Source: Octopus sinensis
Lineage: Eukaryota
Direction: 5' to 3'
Assembly: GCF_006345805.1 (NCBI RefSeq)
Contig: NC_043012.1
Location: 28,892,001-28,956,000, forward strand
DNA length: 64,000 nt
Below, in pieces: positions 25,698 through 38,483 of this stretch (within the stretch, counting starts at the first letter, position 1; each line of letters begins with the position of its first letter). A model generated the notes under the pieces. That model was not told the DNA's origin, did no database searches, and saw nothing but the letters and a program-made list of their open reading frames with translations. The position numbers and the translations under genes were made by a program.

Positions 25698-25780
25698 AGC
25701 CTGAAGAGTAGCCGACAGTAAGCACCTCACTTGGATTTTACCGCTTCTGAGGTTCCAATCGCTGTGAAATATATATAGCC
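25698..25780 (+). ncRNA. Type I hammerhead motif with extended stem II
   Basis: GC-CTGAAGA-GTAGC..ACCTCA..TGAGGT..GCTGT-GAA-ATATATAT-A-GC. Stem III palindromic, stem I short. Confidence 0.55.
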
Positions 25781-26093
25781 CGGATTTTGTCTACTCCATT
25801 CCATAACTCTTGTACACACACACACATATACAAAGGATAAAATTATTATTATAAAATAATAATAATATCAGGGGCTAGCATTCTTTAAAACCGTACAGAT
25901 AATATGTCTATAATCATATATACAACTATAATGCAGGGAAATGGGAAAAGTACGAACATGCTATAAAGAGAAGTCAAAACGACTGTAAACCACTTTAATT
26001 ACTCATATGCATAGGTGAAAGCGAGGAAATGAGCGAAAACTAGAAGAATAGCGTACCTTTTGTGAATAAAATTCACAAGTAATAAAAAGATGA

Positions 26094-26149
26094 TTCCATA
26101 TCGATCGCATTCAGGCTCTGCATTTAATGCTCAGCCATCGTCAATGAAA
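26094..26149 (-). ncRNA. Degenerate hammerhead
   Basis: TTTCA-TTGACGA-TGGCT..GCATT/AATGC..AGCCT-GAAT-GCGATCGA-TA-TGGAA. Stems I and II pair, but the core carries substitutions. Confidence 0.5.
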
Positions 26150-26155
26150 TATACC

Positions 26156-26192
<37 letters not shown>

Positions 26193-26207
26193 ATATATAT
26201 ATATATA

Positions 26208-26580
26208 CAAGATAAGAAAATGGAGAAATACATCTAAATCAAATATCAATTACCAGATAATACTCAATCACATACTTTATTAAACCACCACATAAGAGAC
26301 TGTAGGTTAAATATAAGAAGCAGAACAAAACAGTGTACATAAAGGAATGTACATAAAAAAGTGTACATAAAAGAGTAATGTTGTATAATAAGTAGAATAT
26401 ATATAAAAGAGAATATAAATATAAGTAAATATAAATATAAGTATAAATTACATCTTACAGCTGTTTCGGCCATGTCGATAAGTATGTCTCATTTTACCAA
26501 TATTAGCCCTTTATGGTTGGTCAATATATAGATGTAAATGAGACATTTACAAAAATATCACAAGGCCATTTCGGAGATTA
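26208..26580 (-). mobile_element. PLE-type terminal segment with degenerate hammerhead (26450-26579)
   Basis: ATCT-CCGAAA-TGGCC..ATGTCTCATTT/AAATGAGACAT..GGCC-GAAA-CAGCTG-TA-AGAT. Segment 26213-26400 recurs at ~36969-37140. Confidence 0.6.
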
Positions 26581-26715
26581 TGTAATATAACTCATTCTAC
26601 ATATATACCCACATGGGTGTGGGTGCGTACCCACAATACAACATATACATATACATATGAGTGCATATACTCACACTCTTGCACTCATATGTATATACTT
26701 GTGTGTGTGTGCATG

Positions 26716-26740
<25 letters not shown>

Positions 26741-26748
<8 letters not shown>

Positions 26749-27049
26749 ATCACGTGACCGACCAGGCTATCAGATGTTGCTACACATCGCTGGTCACAAT
26801 GCGCTTCGCATTGCTTTAGCCTTCAAATGACGCCGCCCCGCTGGCTAAGCGAGCAGGCCAACAGAAGAAAGAGTGAGAGAAAGTTGCGGCGAAAGAGTAC
26901 AGCAGGCATCTCCACCATTCCCTGCCAGAGACTCGTGGAGTTATAGGCGTTTTCGCTCAATAAACACTCACAAGGCCCGGTCTGGGAATCGAAACCGCGA
27001 TCCTACGTCCGTGAGTCCGCTGCCCTAACCACTGGGCCATTGCGCCTCC
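26741..27049 (-). mobile_element. tRNA-derived SINE (family B) with RTE-like 3' tail
   Basis: A box TGGCCCAGTGG and B box GGTTTCGATTCC. 3' end GTGACCAGCG..CTGGTCGGTCACGTGATCACGTGAT. Confidence 0.85.
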
Positions 27050-27096
27050 ACACACACACACACACACACATACACACACACACATATATATATATA

Positions 27097-28193
27097 CAGG
27101 GTTTGGACAAAAGAATGGAAGCACCTAGCATCATAGCATCATAATTTTGAAATATCTATAAAACCGTCAAAAGCTTGTTTATTTTTATGTTTTTGATTTA
27201 TTATTAGTGTCCCTAATGCTTTGCTAAAATTGCTGTTTCTTTTCAGATATCATCAGAAAAAGGTAAAATGTCATTAAAATGACAGATCTCGTATAGCAGT
27301 CGCTAGTATAACGAAAACAGCCGAAATATTTGGTGAAGTAGTGTCTCGACAGCCTTTGAGAAAGCGGGAAAAACTTCCTCCCAAAATTACTGCAGAGCTT
27401 AACGATCACCTCGAGAATCCAGTTTCCACAAAAACTGTTCGCCTGGAGCTGCACAAAGCCTGGAGTGTTGCAATCAGAAAACCACTACTTTCAAAAAACA
27501 AACGCTGCAAAGCGTTTAGAGTAAGTAAAATCTTGCAGAATTGGTCCCTAGAACAGTGGAAGAATGTTATTTTCTCCGACAAGTCATCCTTTACCTTATT
27601 CTGACCACCGGCCGAGTATACGTGTGGAGATAGCCAAAAGAGGTATTTAACCCAGACTGCCAACTGTTAAACATGGAGGAGGATCTGTGATGATCAGAGG
27701 TGGGGGTTATATCTTGGAAATCCGCTGGCTCAGTGGTTTCCCTTTATGGCAGAATTAAGACTGTTTAAGCATTTTATCTGGTGAAATTCATCCTATGGTT
27801 GCAGAACTGTTCCGTAAGGAAACGCAATCTTTCAGGATGATAATGCACCAATTCACACAGCTAAAGTTGTTACTGAATGGCACGAGGAACACTCTAGTGA
27901 AGTTGAACATCTTATCTGGCCACCACAGTCCCTTAATCTCAATATTATTGAACAGTTCTGGTGCATTTTAGAAAAAGAAGTAAGGAGTCGATATCCTCCA
28001 CCATCATCACTACAAGAACTGGAGACTGTTTTAGCTGAAGAATGGACAAAAATTCCTTTGGAGACATTCAAACTTGTACGAGTCCATACCTCGTAGAATT
28101 CAAGCTGTAATTACTGAGAAAGGCGATCCTACTCCATATTAAAATTAATTTATTTGAAATTTTATGTTATTTCCATTATTTTTTCAACCCCTG
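27097..28193 (+). mobile_element. Tc1-type DNA transposon, degenerate
   Basis: TA TSDs. TIR CAGGGTTTGGACAAAAGAATGGAA / TTCCATTATTTTTTCAACCCCTG. Motifs VIFSDKS, FQDDNAPIHTAK, WPPQSLNLNIIEQFW. Confidence 0.9.
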
Positions 28194-28225
28194 TATACAT
28201 ACATACATACACACAGGCGCGCGCG

Positions 28226-28316
<91 letters not shown>

Positions 28317-28663
28317 GAAACATTCCTGTCACAACCTGGGACCTTGAAAACTGCTAAAATGCAAGAAATTATACTAGTCCCTTAATATTTGATATTCAAT
28401 TTTTCATCTATTCAATAAGACAATCAATAATTCATTTCATTTTACTATATAAATACTTCATTTTATTTCATTTTACTATGTATATACTATCTATACTATA
28501 TACTCTATATTCTACAATAACTTTATAAAGAATACAAATGAAACATAAAAAACAGAGTTGGAATTCCTTTGAATAATATATATCCCTCTATACACAATCA
28601 TACAAATCCATTTATATATATATATATGTAAATATAATATGTGACAATTATTCGGTAGCCATT

Positions 28664-28722
28664 ATAAAACTCCGAGTTTCGGGTGTCGGGACGGAAACCC
28701 ACGCCCTCATCTCTTCAGTTAT
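28664..28722 (-). ncRNA. Type I hammerhead motif
   Basis: ATAA-CTGAAGA-GATGAGGGCGTGGG..CCCGACACCC-GAA-ACTC(G)GAGT-T-TTAT. Stem II has an irregular base. Confidence 0.6.
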
Positions 28723-28999
28723 CCGGCCATCGAAAAAATGCTATGAAAATGACAGTTAAACAAAGGGAAATTACTGTGTGATTGACCGTTATTAAGACGA
28801 GAGAGCTGTTAGAATGACCGCTAAGTGAGGGGTGGGAGTAAAGGTAAGGGAGTAAAAAAGTTCATAGTATTCTCGTAAGCGTGCATGTCCATACCTACAC
28901 ATGCACGCTCGCTGCGGGTATGCATATATTTTTTGGCGAATGTGTGGGTGAGCATGTGTGTGTTTCAAGTGAGGGTGGATGAGTATATAACAACAACAG

Positions 29000-29140
29000 C
29001 ATCGAAAAATACCTTAGGAATGAGAACCCAGGTTCGAAATTTCCTCAAGACACCTGATGAAGGCTGGTGGGTATATCAGCCGAAACGTTGTGTTAACAAC
29101 AAACAACATGAAGACAAATATCCGTCAAATGTAAATAATT
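29000..29140 (+). mobile_element. Short PLE-type terminal fragment carrying a minimal hammerhead
   Basis: Short non-coding segment centred on the HHR motif. Boundaries approximate. Confidence 0.55.
29049..29094 (+). ncRNA. Minimal PLE-type hammerhead (GAAACGTT)
   Basis: GACAC-CTGATGA-A-GGCTG..CAGCC-GAAACGTT-GTGTT. Stems I and II pair. Stem III is reduced to the palindrome AACGTT. Confidence 0.8.
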
Positions 29141-29289
29141 TTTGATGTTAATTTAAGTGGTGCTGTTGGAACTTACATTTTTTTTTCAAGTATCAGCCCC
29201 TTGTTAGACACATTTTCTAGGGACACTGGCTACTCAGTCACGCCACCCCTTATAACTTTTTCCTCTGCAAGTGTCACAATATATTTCTG

Positions 29290-29630
29290 AATTTGATGTA
29301 GACTTTCTGCTTGAGGAAATCTTGTAGGATTACGCACGAATACAACCTGGCCATATACTTTTCCAAATACTATTCAAAAGTTGAAGGTTTCATTTTATCC
29401 CATCACTCAGCTATGTTAGCCATTGCATTCATTATGTTGAATTTCTTCCAGAAAACTCTAACTGTATGTTTAGCCTCCCTGACAATTGCTTTCATAACTT
29501 ATTTGAAAGTTCTTATAATATTTCGTTGCGGAGCAAAGAAGTTGTATTTGGGGGGGGGGGGTATATTTTACTTTCACATTATCAGAAAAGTTTTCTAAGT
29601 TAGCTGGGTGATTCGGTGCATTGTCTAAAA
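29290..29630 (-). mobile_element. pogo/Tigger-like transposase fragment
   Basis: Minus translation LDNAPNHPANLENFSDNVKVKY..PPNTTSLL. Confidence 0.7.
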
Positions 29631-30102
29631 GGAGGTTCACCAGATCTTATAGACAATTCGCTCCCTTCACTTCTGATTAAAGGCATAAATACACCCCCAC
29701 ACATAAACACATACGCAGACACCAATAAAAACACACAATCACGCACTCATACAAACGCAGATGCACTCATGCATACAAATGTTGGTGTACATGTTGATAT
29801 CTGTTGTAGCCAGTTGGGTTCAAAAGTTGGTGGGTCAAGAGAGGGGATGGTGTGGGTTACATTGGTTTAGGTGTTAGTAATGGTAGGTATTGTTGGTGTT
29901 GAGGTGGTCATGTTGTTCTTGGTAATTGTATTGTTCTGGCTGTTTAGTCAATCCTCATAGACCTAAGATCAAAGACATTTCATTCAACTTTTTAAATAAA
30001 CTGGGACACCACATTACATACTTTTATCTAAATGGAGTTGCTTGTCTACTTCATACAGTCTATTACCGTTGCTGTTGGTGGTTGCGCTGGTGTTGATAGA
30101 AC

Positions 30103-30565
30103 TACACACACACATACACACACACACACACATACGTACATACATACATACATACACACATACATACATACATACATACATACATACATACACACATACA
30201 TACATATATACATACACACACAAACATACATACATACAAACATACATGCATACATACATGCATGCATGCATACATACATACGTACATACATACATACATA
30301 CATATATACATGCATACATAATACATACATACGTACATACATACATAAATACATGCATACATACATACATACATACATACATGCATGCATGCATACATAC
30401 ATACGTACATACATACATACATACATACATACATACATACATACATACATACATACATGCATGCATGCATACATACATACATACATACATGCATACATAC
30501 ATACATACATGCATACATGCATGCATACATACGTACATATGTACATACATACATACATACATGCA
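30103..30565. repeat. (CATA)n/(CATG)n compound microsatellite
   Basis: Directly visible. Confidence 0.95.
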
Positions 30566-32006
30566 TATATTTTTGTGTGCGTGTGTTTGTCTAATCGCGC
30601 GCGCGTTTTTGTTGGTTCATCATTGCTGATCTTCATAATGCTACGGTGTTAGTAGCAATAATTTACACGGTTTTTATTTTTTGACAAATTCCACGCAAAC
30701 TCTGACTATTGTTTGTTAACAAGTATGGAACCACAGAGAGAAACTCTATGTGGACGCTTGTATCTGTAGAAATAGCAATCAAACCTCATTCAAATTATAT
30801 TATAATGCATCTTTTGTGCAAGGTTGCTCTACATATTGCAGTAGTTAACTTGAAAAGCAGATTTAACAGAACGTCAAACAAACCGAGATTAACTTAGTCT
30901 TTCATCTTTTCAGGATTCATAAAGTAGCAAGCCATTGCGGCTGAGAAAATCGCCATTTCCCCTCTATAGAAATGTCTGGCCTTGAGCCTGATTTAGATAT
31001 TGCAATATCATTCTGCTTGCCATAGCGTTTTTAAGTGCTACACTGTTATCAGGCGAAAGATATAATCGAAATGTTTAACATAATGAAGCAATATAATGGT
31101 GATTTATGCATCAAAGCAGAAATCAGTACATTGGTAAGGTGAGATATTTCTATGGGCTTAAATCAGACACAAATGGTAGAACGTAGGAATAAATGGTAAA
31201 ATATTTCATTTCTTCGATCTTCAGTCTGAAATCTGAGTTCACCAGGTTTAACATATTCCTTCATTCTCCCTGTTCAGTAAAACATACACCTATACAATAG
31301 AAGTTCTGCCATGTTGACTTCATTCACTGCCCTACAAGTTTGTAGTCTTGTGGCAAAATTAGAAACTATTGATTTCTTTCATTTATTTATTTGCATGTAA
31401 CTTAACCAACGAGTTAAAATTGAACACTGAAAGCTAACGAACACTCTTCCATCTTATCTGGCTACTATATCTGAGGTGTTTCTTTTCGAGCCAACGTGCG
31501 ACGCTCTGCACAATCAATCCTAAAAAACGGACTGATTGGATAACTCGTATATATAAAAAAAAAGCCTTATATTAGATTTTAAAAAACCCCTCTTGAATCT
31601 CTTTGATCGACAATATCCATTTAATGTCACAATATGTAATGATACTGCCTCCTATTGTCAACGGGACAGAAATAATTTTAGATTTTAAAGTAGTGTATGA
31701 ATAGAGTAGTACTAAACTAAATGCGTAAAAATATCGAGTTTCGTTTATTCGGATTCAAATATTATTCAGGCCAACATTGCCTCTCATCTGTCCAAGAATA
31801 ATGTAGTGAAATGTTATTCTACGTAGTCATCCGATCTACTACAATTGGCAGTTAAGATTCTCTCGACGTGGTATACTGAAGGTTGAAACATTTTTGACCG
31901 GATGGTTCTCTCAGCTCAACAAGGAGTAAACAGAGACGAAACAGCAATAACGGTAAATTATTATAGACTAATAGCCAATCATGAAAAACCATTATCTTCT
32001 ACATTT

Positions 32007-32025
32007 TAGTAGCAGTAGTAGTAGT

Positions 32026-32066
<41 letters not shown>

Positions 32067-32165
32067 TAGTAGTAGAGTAGTAGTAGTAGTAGTAGTAGTT
32101 GTTGTTGTTGTTGTTGTTGTTGCTGTCGTCGTTATTGCTGTTGCTGTGTTAGTCGTCGTTGTTGT
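32007..32165. repeat. (AGT/AGC/GTA/GTT)n compound trinucleotide repeat
   Basis: Directly visible. Confidence 0.9.
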
Positions 32166-32422
32166 GTTAGTCTTGAAAGTTCGCAAGTTTACGTAGATCT
32201 CGAGTTTGAGCTGAAAGTGAAGTCTCCGTCTAAGAAGATAAATCCTTATGGATTTAAACGAACTCTGGGTTGTACAATATAACATACTCACATACATATG
32301 TGCACACATACATTCGTGCACATAAAGCAAAATACGCATATGCGCGCACTTACACACAAACAACACACACATATACGCACATATACATACATACATATAT
32401 ATATATATATATTATATATATA

Positions 32423-32460
<38 letters not shown>

Positions 32461-33167
32461 GCATATACATACGCTATACATACACGTCTACGTATGAGTG
32501 CTCATGCATAGTGGTGTCATTGTGTGTATGAATGCATGAGAGAGGGAGAGAAAGAAGGAAAGGAAAGGGAAATAGCGGGGGTGAGCGAGAGTGAGAGAGA
32601 GAGATTAAGGTATCAGTTTCTTACAAACTTGCAGCACAAAGCATCAAAAAGTCAGAAAACCCGAGTTTGAAAAATCCCATTTGTTTTTAGTTTTTCCGTC
32701 TTAATTCCTCACTCTCTCCCCCCTCCTTCGCCCCTCCCTCTCTCTCTCTCTCTCTCGCCCTCTTTGCTCCCTGCTCTCCGCATTTTGTTGTTATTCCTGC
32801 TTTTTTGTTTTTACTTCTTTTACTCCCACGAGCCACGTCATGTATCACATAGGACATAAAGAGAAAGAAAACTGCGATTCATCACGTGGCTGTCAAATAA
32901 CGTAGGGGCAAAGGTTGATATCAAGCAAGACAGTAAAAGTGTTCAATTAAGCGCCACCTTCAGCTGGCTTCTATCACACATCAGTTAGCCATAACCAGCC
33001 AACGTCACAGAAGTGAGGTTAGATATTTAAAGCTCGAAGGTTTTAGTTTGTGGCAATGTGTGCATCTGAGTGTGTGTATCTGTGTGTGTGCGTGTGCGTG
33101 TGTGTGCGTGTGCGTGTGTGTATCTGTGTGTGTGTGTGCGTGCGTGCGTGTGTGTGTGTGTGTGTGT

Positions 33168-33203
<36 letters not shown>

Positions 33204-34195
33204 TGTGAGTGTGCGTGTGAGTGTGCGTGCTTGCATACGTTTGTCCATGTGTATCTGCGAATGTAACATACTTTAAAGTTTTCTTGTCTGTAAAGTATGT
33301 GTTATTAAACTTACAATGGAAGACAGTATGATTTTGAGAAGATCGATACTGCGAGCAAGTTTTACACATAATAAACTGTAGAAGTTGAAGACCCATGCCC
33401 TGAGCAATCGAAGGTTTTCAAAACATCTACATACATCGAATTAAGGCAGATCTACATGCATCCTAAATTACTTGTGCGTTCAAACATTTCATTTTATTAT
33501 TATGATGTACTAAAAAAGTTCATCAAAACAACCAATGTGTTCTATAGTACTTTATTGCTATATGCACATTGTTTCCCCGTTAGGACTATAACAGTTATTT
33601 GGCAATAACCAAAATTATTGGGATAGTCATTCTTATATATTAAAAAAAGTTTCTACTGTTTTACGTTCTCGTCGTATCAGTATGCAATCTACTGATGCCC
33701 AATATTTGCACACATGCACACACATACAAGCATGTACACATACAAGCGCACACATATTTACATACATGCATGTGTACTTTGGTGTGTGCGTGTGTGTGTG
33801 CGTTATAAGAGTGTCCCTTACCTGTTATTAAACTCACTGAAGGAGAGAAACAAGTCACCCCACTAAATCTGTGGCTTCTACCATTTCCACCACATCTACG
33901 GCGTCGACACGTGGGAGTAACACAACTTCTACCACTATAACTATCATTGCTGCTAGTACAACTGCCACCGCAAAATACGAAGGAACAAAAGAGAACCACT
34001 ATTGCCGAAACTGATGCTATTTCTATTACCAGCACTACCACCTTGTACATATTGTAAAAAAAAAAAGTACGAGCTTTCAAAACTGCTAACATGAAACATT
34101 AATTTAAAGTATTGCAATTTATTTTCCCTTCTTTTATAACACAACTAAATCGGCTTAAGCATTTGAAACTGGTGGCACATTTTGATAGAAATATA

Positions 34196-35485
34196 CGAGG
34201 GGCGTTCAATAAGTAATGCCTCTGGCCCACTTGCAGTTTTTTGATCTTGCTGAAATTTTGCATGTGAAATTATTGATATCTCTATATATTAAGTGGCAAA
34301 TTACAGCTCTGAACTAATTGTGGTTTCTGATTTACAGGTGTTTGAACTGAGTCAAGTGTGAAATGGAGCCTGTTGAGTGTCGAACAGTGATCCGGTTTTT
34401 GCATTTGAAAGGACACACACCACGGGAGACTTTTGCTGAAATGAAAGTAACTTATGGTGATGATGCCCCATCATATGACCTTGTAAAACGCTGGCATCGT
34501 GAATTCAAACATGGTCGGAACTCTGTGGAAACAGCTCCCAGATCTGGTCGCCCCACTTCTGCCATTGATGAGGTATCTGTCCGTCAAGTTGAGGCTGCCA
34601 TTTTGGAAGATCGACGCATAACTATTCGCCAAATAGTCCATGAGGTCAAGATTAGTACCGGGTCTGTGGAAACTATCATTCATGACTATTTGCATATGCA
34701 AAAGGTGTCTGCCAGATGGATTCCCAGGTTGTTCACACCTTTCCAGAAGCAAGAACGCGTCGAGTGCTCGAGGATGAATTTTGAGATGTGCCAAGAAGAT
34801 GAGTCAAACTTTTTCAAAAGACTGATTACACATGATGAAACCTGGGTCCATCACTATGATCCAGAGACCAAAGCCCAGTCAATGCAGTGGAGGCACCGTG
34901 ACTCACCTTCTCCAAAGAAGGCAAGTGTGCAGCCCTCCACTGGCAAGATCATGCTCACAATCTTCTGGGACCAGGAGGGAATAATGATGACAGATTTCCT
35001 GGCAAAGGATACCACAATTACAGGAGCCTTTATGCTTCACTTTTGAGGAAATTAAGAGAAGCTATCAAAATCAAGAGGCGGGGCAATATCAGCAAAGGCA
35101 TCCTCCTCCTGCAGGACAACGCTCCGGTCCACAACTCGCGTGTCGCCAGATCAGAAGCACAGGCGTGCGGCTATGAACTCCTCCCCATCCCCCTACTCTC
35201 TTGACCTTGCACCCTCTAATTTTCATCTCTTCCCAGCCATAAAGTTGTTTTTGAAAGGAAAGCGTTTCCCAGATGATGCAGCCTTGATTTCTGAAGTTAC
35301 GTCGTGGTTGGAGGACCAAGCTAGGGTCTTCTACAAAAACGGTCTCCAGAGCTGCATCAAACGATGGGAGAAAGGCGTAACTCTGGGTGCTTCCTATGTA
35401 GAAAAAGACTAATAACTGCGCCAAGTTTCGTTGCTCTACTACTATGGGAAGTGGGTCAGGGGCATTACTTATTGAACGCCCCTCG
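34196..35485 (+). mobile_element. Full-length mariner transposon (~1.29 kb)
   Basis: TA TSDs. TIR CGAGGGGCGTTCAATAAGTAATGCC is perfectly inverted at 35461-35485. Confidence 0.95.
34363..35412 (+). pseudogene. Mariner transposase with frameshifts
   Basis: RSGRP, SARWIPR, THDETWVHHYDPETK, LLQDNAP, YSLDLAPSNF (third Asp appears as Asn). Reading frame broken near 35030 and 35180. Confidence 0.9.
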
Positions 35486-35584
35486 TATATACGTTCTTCT
35501 TTTTATCCATAATAGATTTCCCATGGCATTTTCATCCTTTTTTACACACACGGACGAATGCACGCACACTGATCGTACCTCCTA

Positions 35585-35635
<51 letters not shown>

Positions 35636-36257
35636 ATACATATATGTAAGTAATCAATATATATCTATTTCAAAGCGTTGTTTTCACACACACACACACA
35701 CACACCCTACTTATATAAAATATTTACGCATACAAACTTACAATTATTATATATACCCATGCGACAACATAAGTCAACAATGGTCGCACAGACATACACA
35801 TGCATAAACATGCATTGATTTGTGTGGGCTGTGTGAAAGAAGCATACATGAACTGCCTTCACATCTCTACACTGACAAATGGAAAACACGGGAAGGAGTA
35901 CATATAATGTCACAGCTTCTCTGGTCAAAGAGAAAAAAAGGTCAGTAACTGTCTGACCTAGAGAATTATAAACATTGCGGCGAGACAAAGCACTTGGAGA
36001 AGGTCACCTATCGGTTAGTTTGTTAACTCGGATTGGTTTTGCTAATCTCCTTAGCCTATAGTGGCCTAGCAGGGCTTACGGAAAGCAAAAGTGTAAGAAT
36101 AAGAGGCGACAGCCAGATGAAGCGATGAAAGAATTTTAATCCCTTATCGATGGTGTTGACCACGTCCAATGTTGGTTGAATGCTCGGCAAACATACTGTC
36201 TCATGGCGTCTGTTTACTCGATGCTGCTTTCAGCTATGTTACCGCTAAATCTCTTAC

Positions 36258-36295
<38 letters not shown>

Positions 36296-36610
36296 CACAC
36301 ACAAATACACACACACACACACGCCCATAGATACACGTGCTTACATACATTCGCACATGCGTGTGTATGTATCTATGTTTGTATATATATGTGTGTATGT
36401 GTGTGCATTTGTGTGTGTGTATATTTGTGCGTGTGTATGTAGTTGTGTATGTGTGTGTGCATGTCTCGTCGTAGTTTTTGATAAGTTTTGTATATTTCGA
36501 ATCATTATGATCAACTGTAACACTTTATCAGGATTCTCAAGTATGACCAAGTGACGGAAGTCAGTGAAAGAATTAAAGATTATACATACATACGAACAAT
36601 GACACACACA

Positions 36611-36648
<38 letters not shown>

Positions 36649-36675
36649 TCGACATTTACGTATATATACGTATAT

Positions 36676-36729
<54 letters not shown>

Positions 36730-36741
36730 ATATTATTGTAT

Positions 36742-36872
36742 TTAGGAATGGTCATTTTGCCAGTTTAGCCAATAAAAACACGCACTATATATACAACACT
36801 GAAGCAAAGTGACACCAATTATATAGTGCGTGTGTTTTTTATTGGCTAAACTGGCAAAAATGACCATTTCTA
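36742..36872. repeat. Inverted repeat with ~50-bp arms in (TA)n context
   Basis: ATGGTCATTTTGCCAGTTTAGCCAATAAAAACACGCACTATAT and its near-exact reverse complement. Confidence 0.85.
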
Positions 36873-36922
36873 ATACAATAATATCTGTTTCAACACACGA
36901 TTTCACATCAAAAATCTTGAAA

Positions 36923-36970
<48 letters not shown>

Positions 36971-37160
36971 AGAAAATGGAGAAATACATCTAAATGAAAT
37001 ATCAATTACACGATAATACTCAATCACATACTTTATTAAACCACCACATAAGAGACTGTAGGGTTACATATAAAAAGCAGAACAAATCAGTGTACATACA
37101 GTAGTGTACATAAAAGAGTAATGATGTATAATAAGTAGAATATATATATATATATATATA

Positions 37161-37554
37161 GAAGTGGCTGTGTGGTAAGTAGCTTGCTAACCAGCCACAT
37201 GGTTCCGGGTTCAGTCCCACTGCGTGGCATCTTGGGCAAGTGTCTTCTGCTATAGCCCCGGGCCGACCAATGCCTTGTGAGTGGATTTGGTAGACGGAAA
37301 CTGAAAGAAACCTGTCGTATATATGTATATATATATGTATGTATGTGTGTGTGTGCTTGTGTCTCTGTGTTTGTTCCCCTAGCATTGCTTGTCAACCGAT
37401 GCTGGTGTGTTTACGTCCCCGTCACTTAGCAGTTCGGCAAAAAGAGACCGATAGAATAAGTACTGGGCTTACAAAGAATAAGTCCCGATTTGCTCGACTA
37501 AAGGCGGTGCTCCAGCATGGCCGCAGTTAAATGACTGAAACAAGTAAAAGAGTA
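37161..37554 (+). mobile_element. tRNA-derived SINE family A, full length with internal microsatellite
   Basis: GTGGCTGTGTGGT (A-box-like) and GGTTCAGTCCC (B-box-like). Several copies occur in the window. Confidence 0.85.
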
Positions 37555-37621
37555 TATATACGTAAATGTAGAACGACGAGAATGAGTGCTCAACATCGCA
37601 ATCTATAAACAAATATATATG

Positions 37622-37770
37622 CAGGCGTGGGTGTGTGATAAGAAACTTGCTTCTCAATCATATGGTTCCGGGTTCAGTCCCATTGCGTGGCACCTTGGGC
37701 AAGTGTCTTCTTGAGCCGACCATAGTCTAGGGAGTGGATTTGGTAGAAGGAAACTGAAAGAAGAACGTCA
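37622..37770 (+). mobile_element. SINE family A, 5' half
   Basis: Similar to 37161-37320. Confidence 0.75.
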
Positions 37771-37778
37771 TATATGTA

Positions 37779-37882
<104 letters not shown>

Positions 37883-37885
37883 AGT

Positions 37886-38320
37886 TTTTTTCAGAATGGG
37901 ATAAAAAACCAAGGCTGTGAAGATTTTAGAACATTTATAAATAGAAGGGCTTACAGCTGTTTCCAGGATATTTATTATATCCCTTCACCGGAGACGGTGT
38001 GAGAAAAATGGTTAAGCAATAGTTAATTTAGATAAGATGCGAAATAGAGAGTGAAGTGGATGAAGGAAAAAATGTGAAATATGCAGGGATATTGCATTTG
38101 TAGATCCATTATTTAGGCAAAATGGTATACATATAAGATTTCAATACCTTGTGAGTAAAAACATATCTTAGCTAAATTAACTATTGCTTAACCATTTTCT
38201 CACACCGAATCCGATGAAAGGATATAATAAATATCCTAGAAACAGCTGTAAGACCTTCTATTTATAAACGTTCTAAAATCTTCACAGCCTTGGTTTTTTT
38301 TTTTATCTCCTTCTGAAAAG
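37886..38320. mobile_element. Fold-back element with ~150-bp arms, each carrying a variant hammerhead (37948-37995 minus, 38207-38254 plus)
   Basis: Arms ~37886-38038 and ~38167-38320. Cores CCGGTGA / CCGATGA, GGATAT..ATATCC stem II, GAAA-CAGCTG-TA. Confidence 0.8.
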
Positions 38321-38418
38321 AAATTTTTTTTATATATACACACGCTGATATATGACCTACGGTGGACTCATTACTCGCATAATTACCGAACCTGAAGCTT
38401 AATATATATATATGTATG

Positions 38419-38480
<62 letters not shown>

Positions 38481-38483
<3 letters not shown>

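Noticed and set aside
26970-27049. tRNA gene
   Set aside because: A and B boxes are present, but the sequence runs straight into a SINE body and tail. It is a SINE head.
36485-36545. Minus-strand GAATC..GATTC-GAAA hairpin
   Set aside because: No intact CTGANGA in register, and no stem I or stem III.
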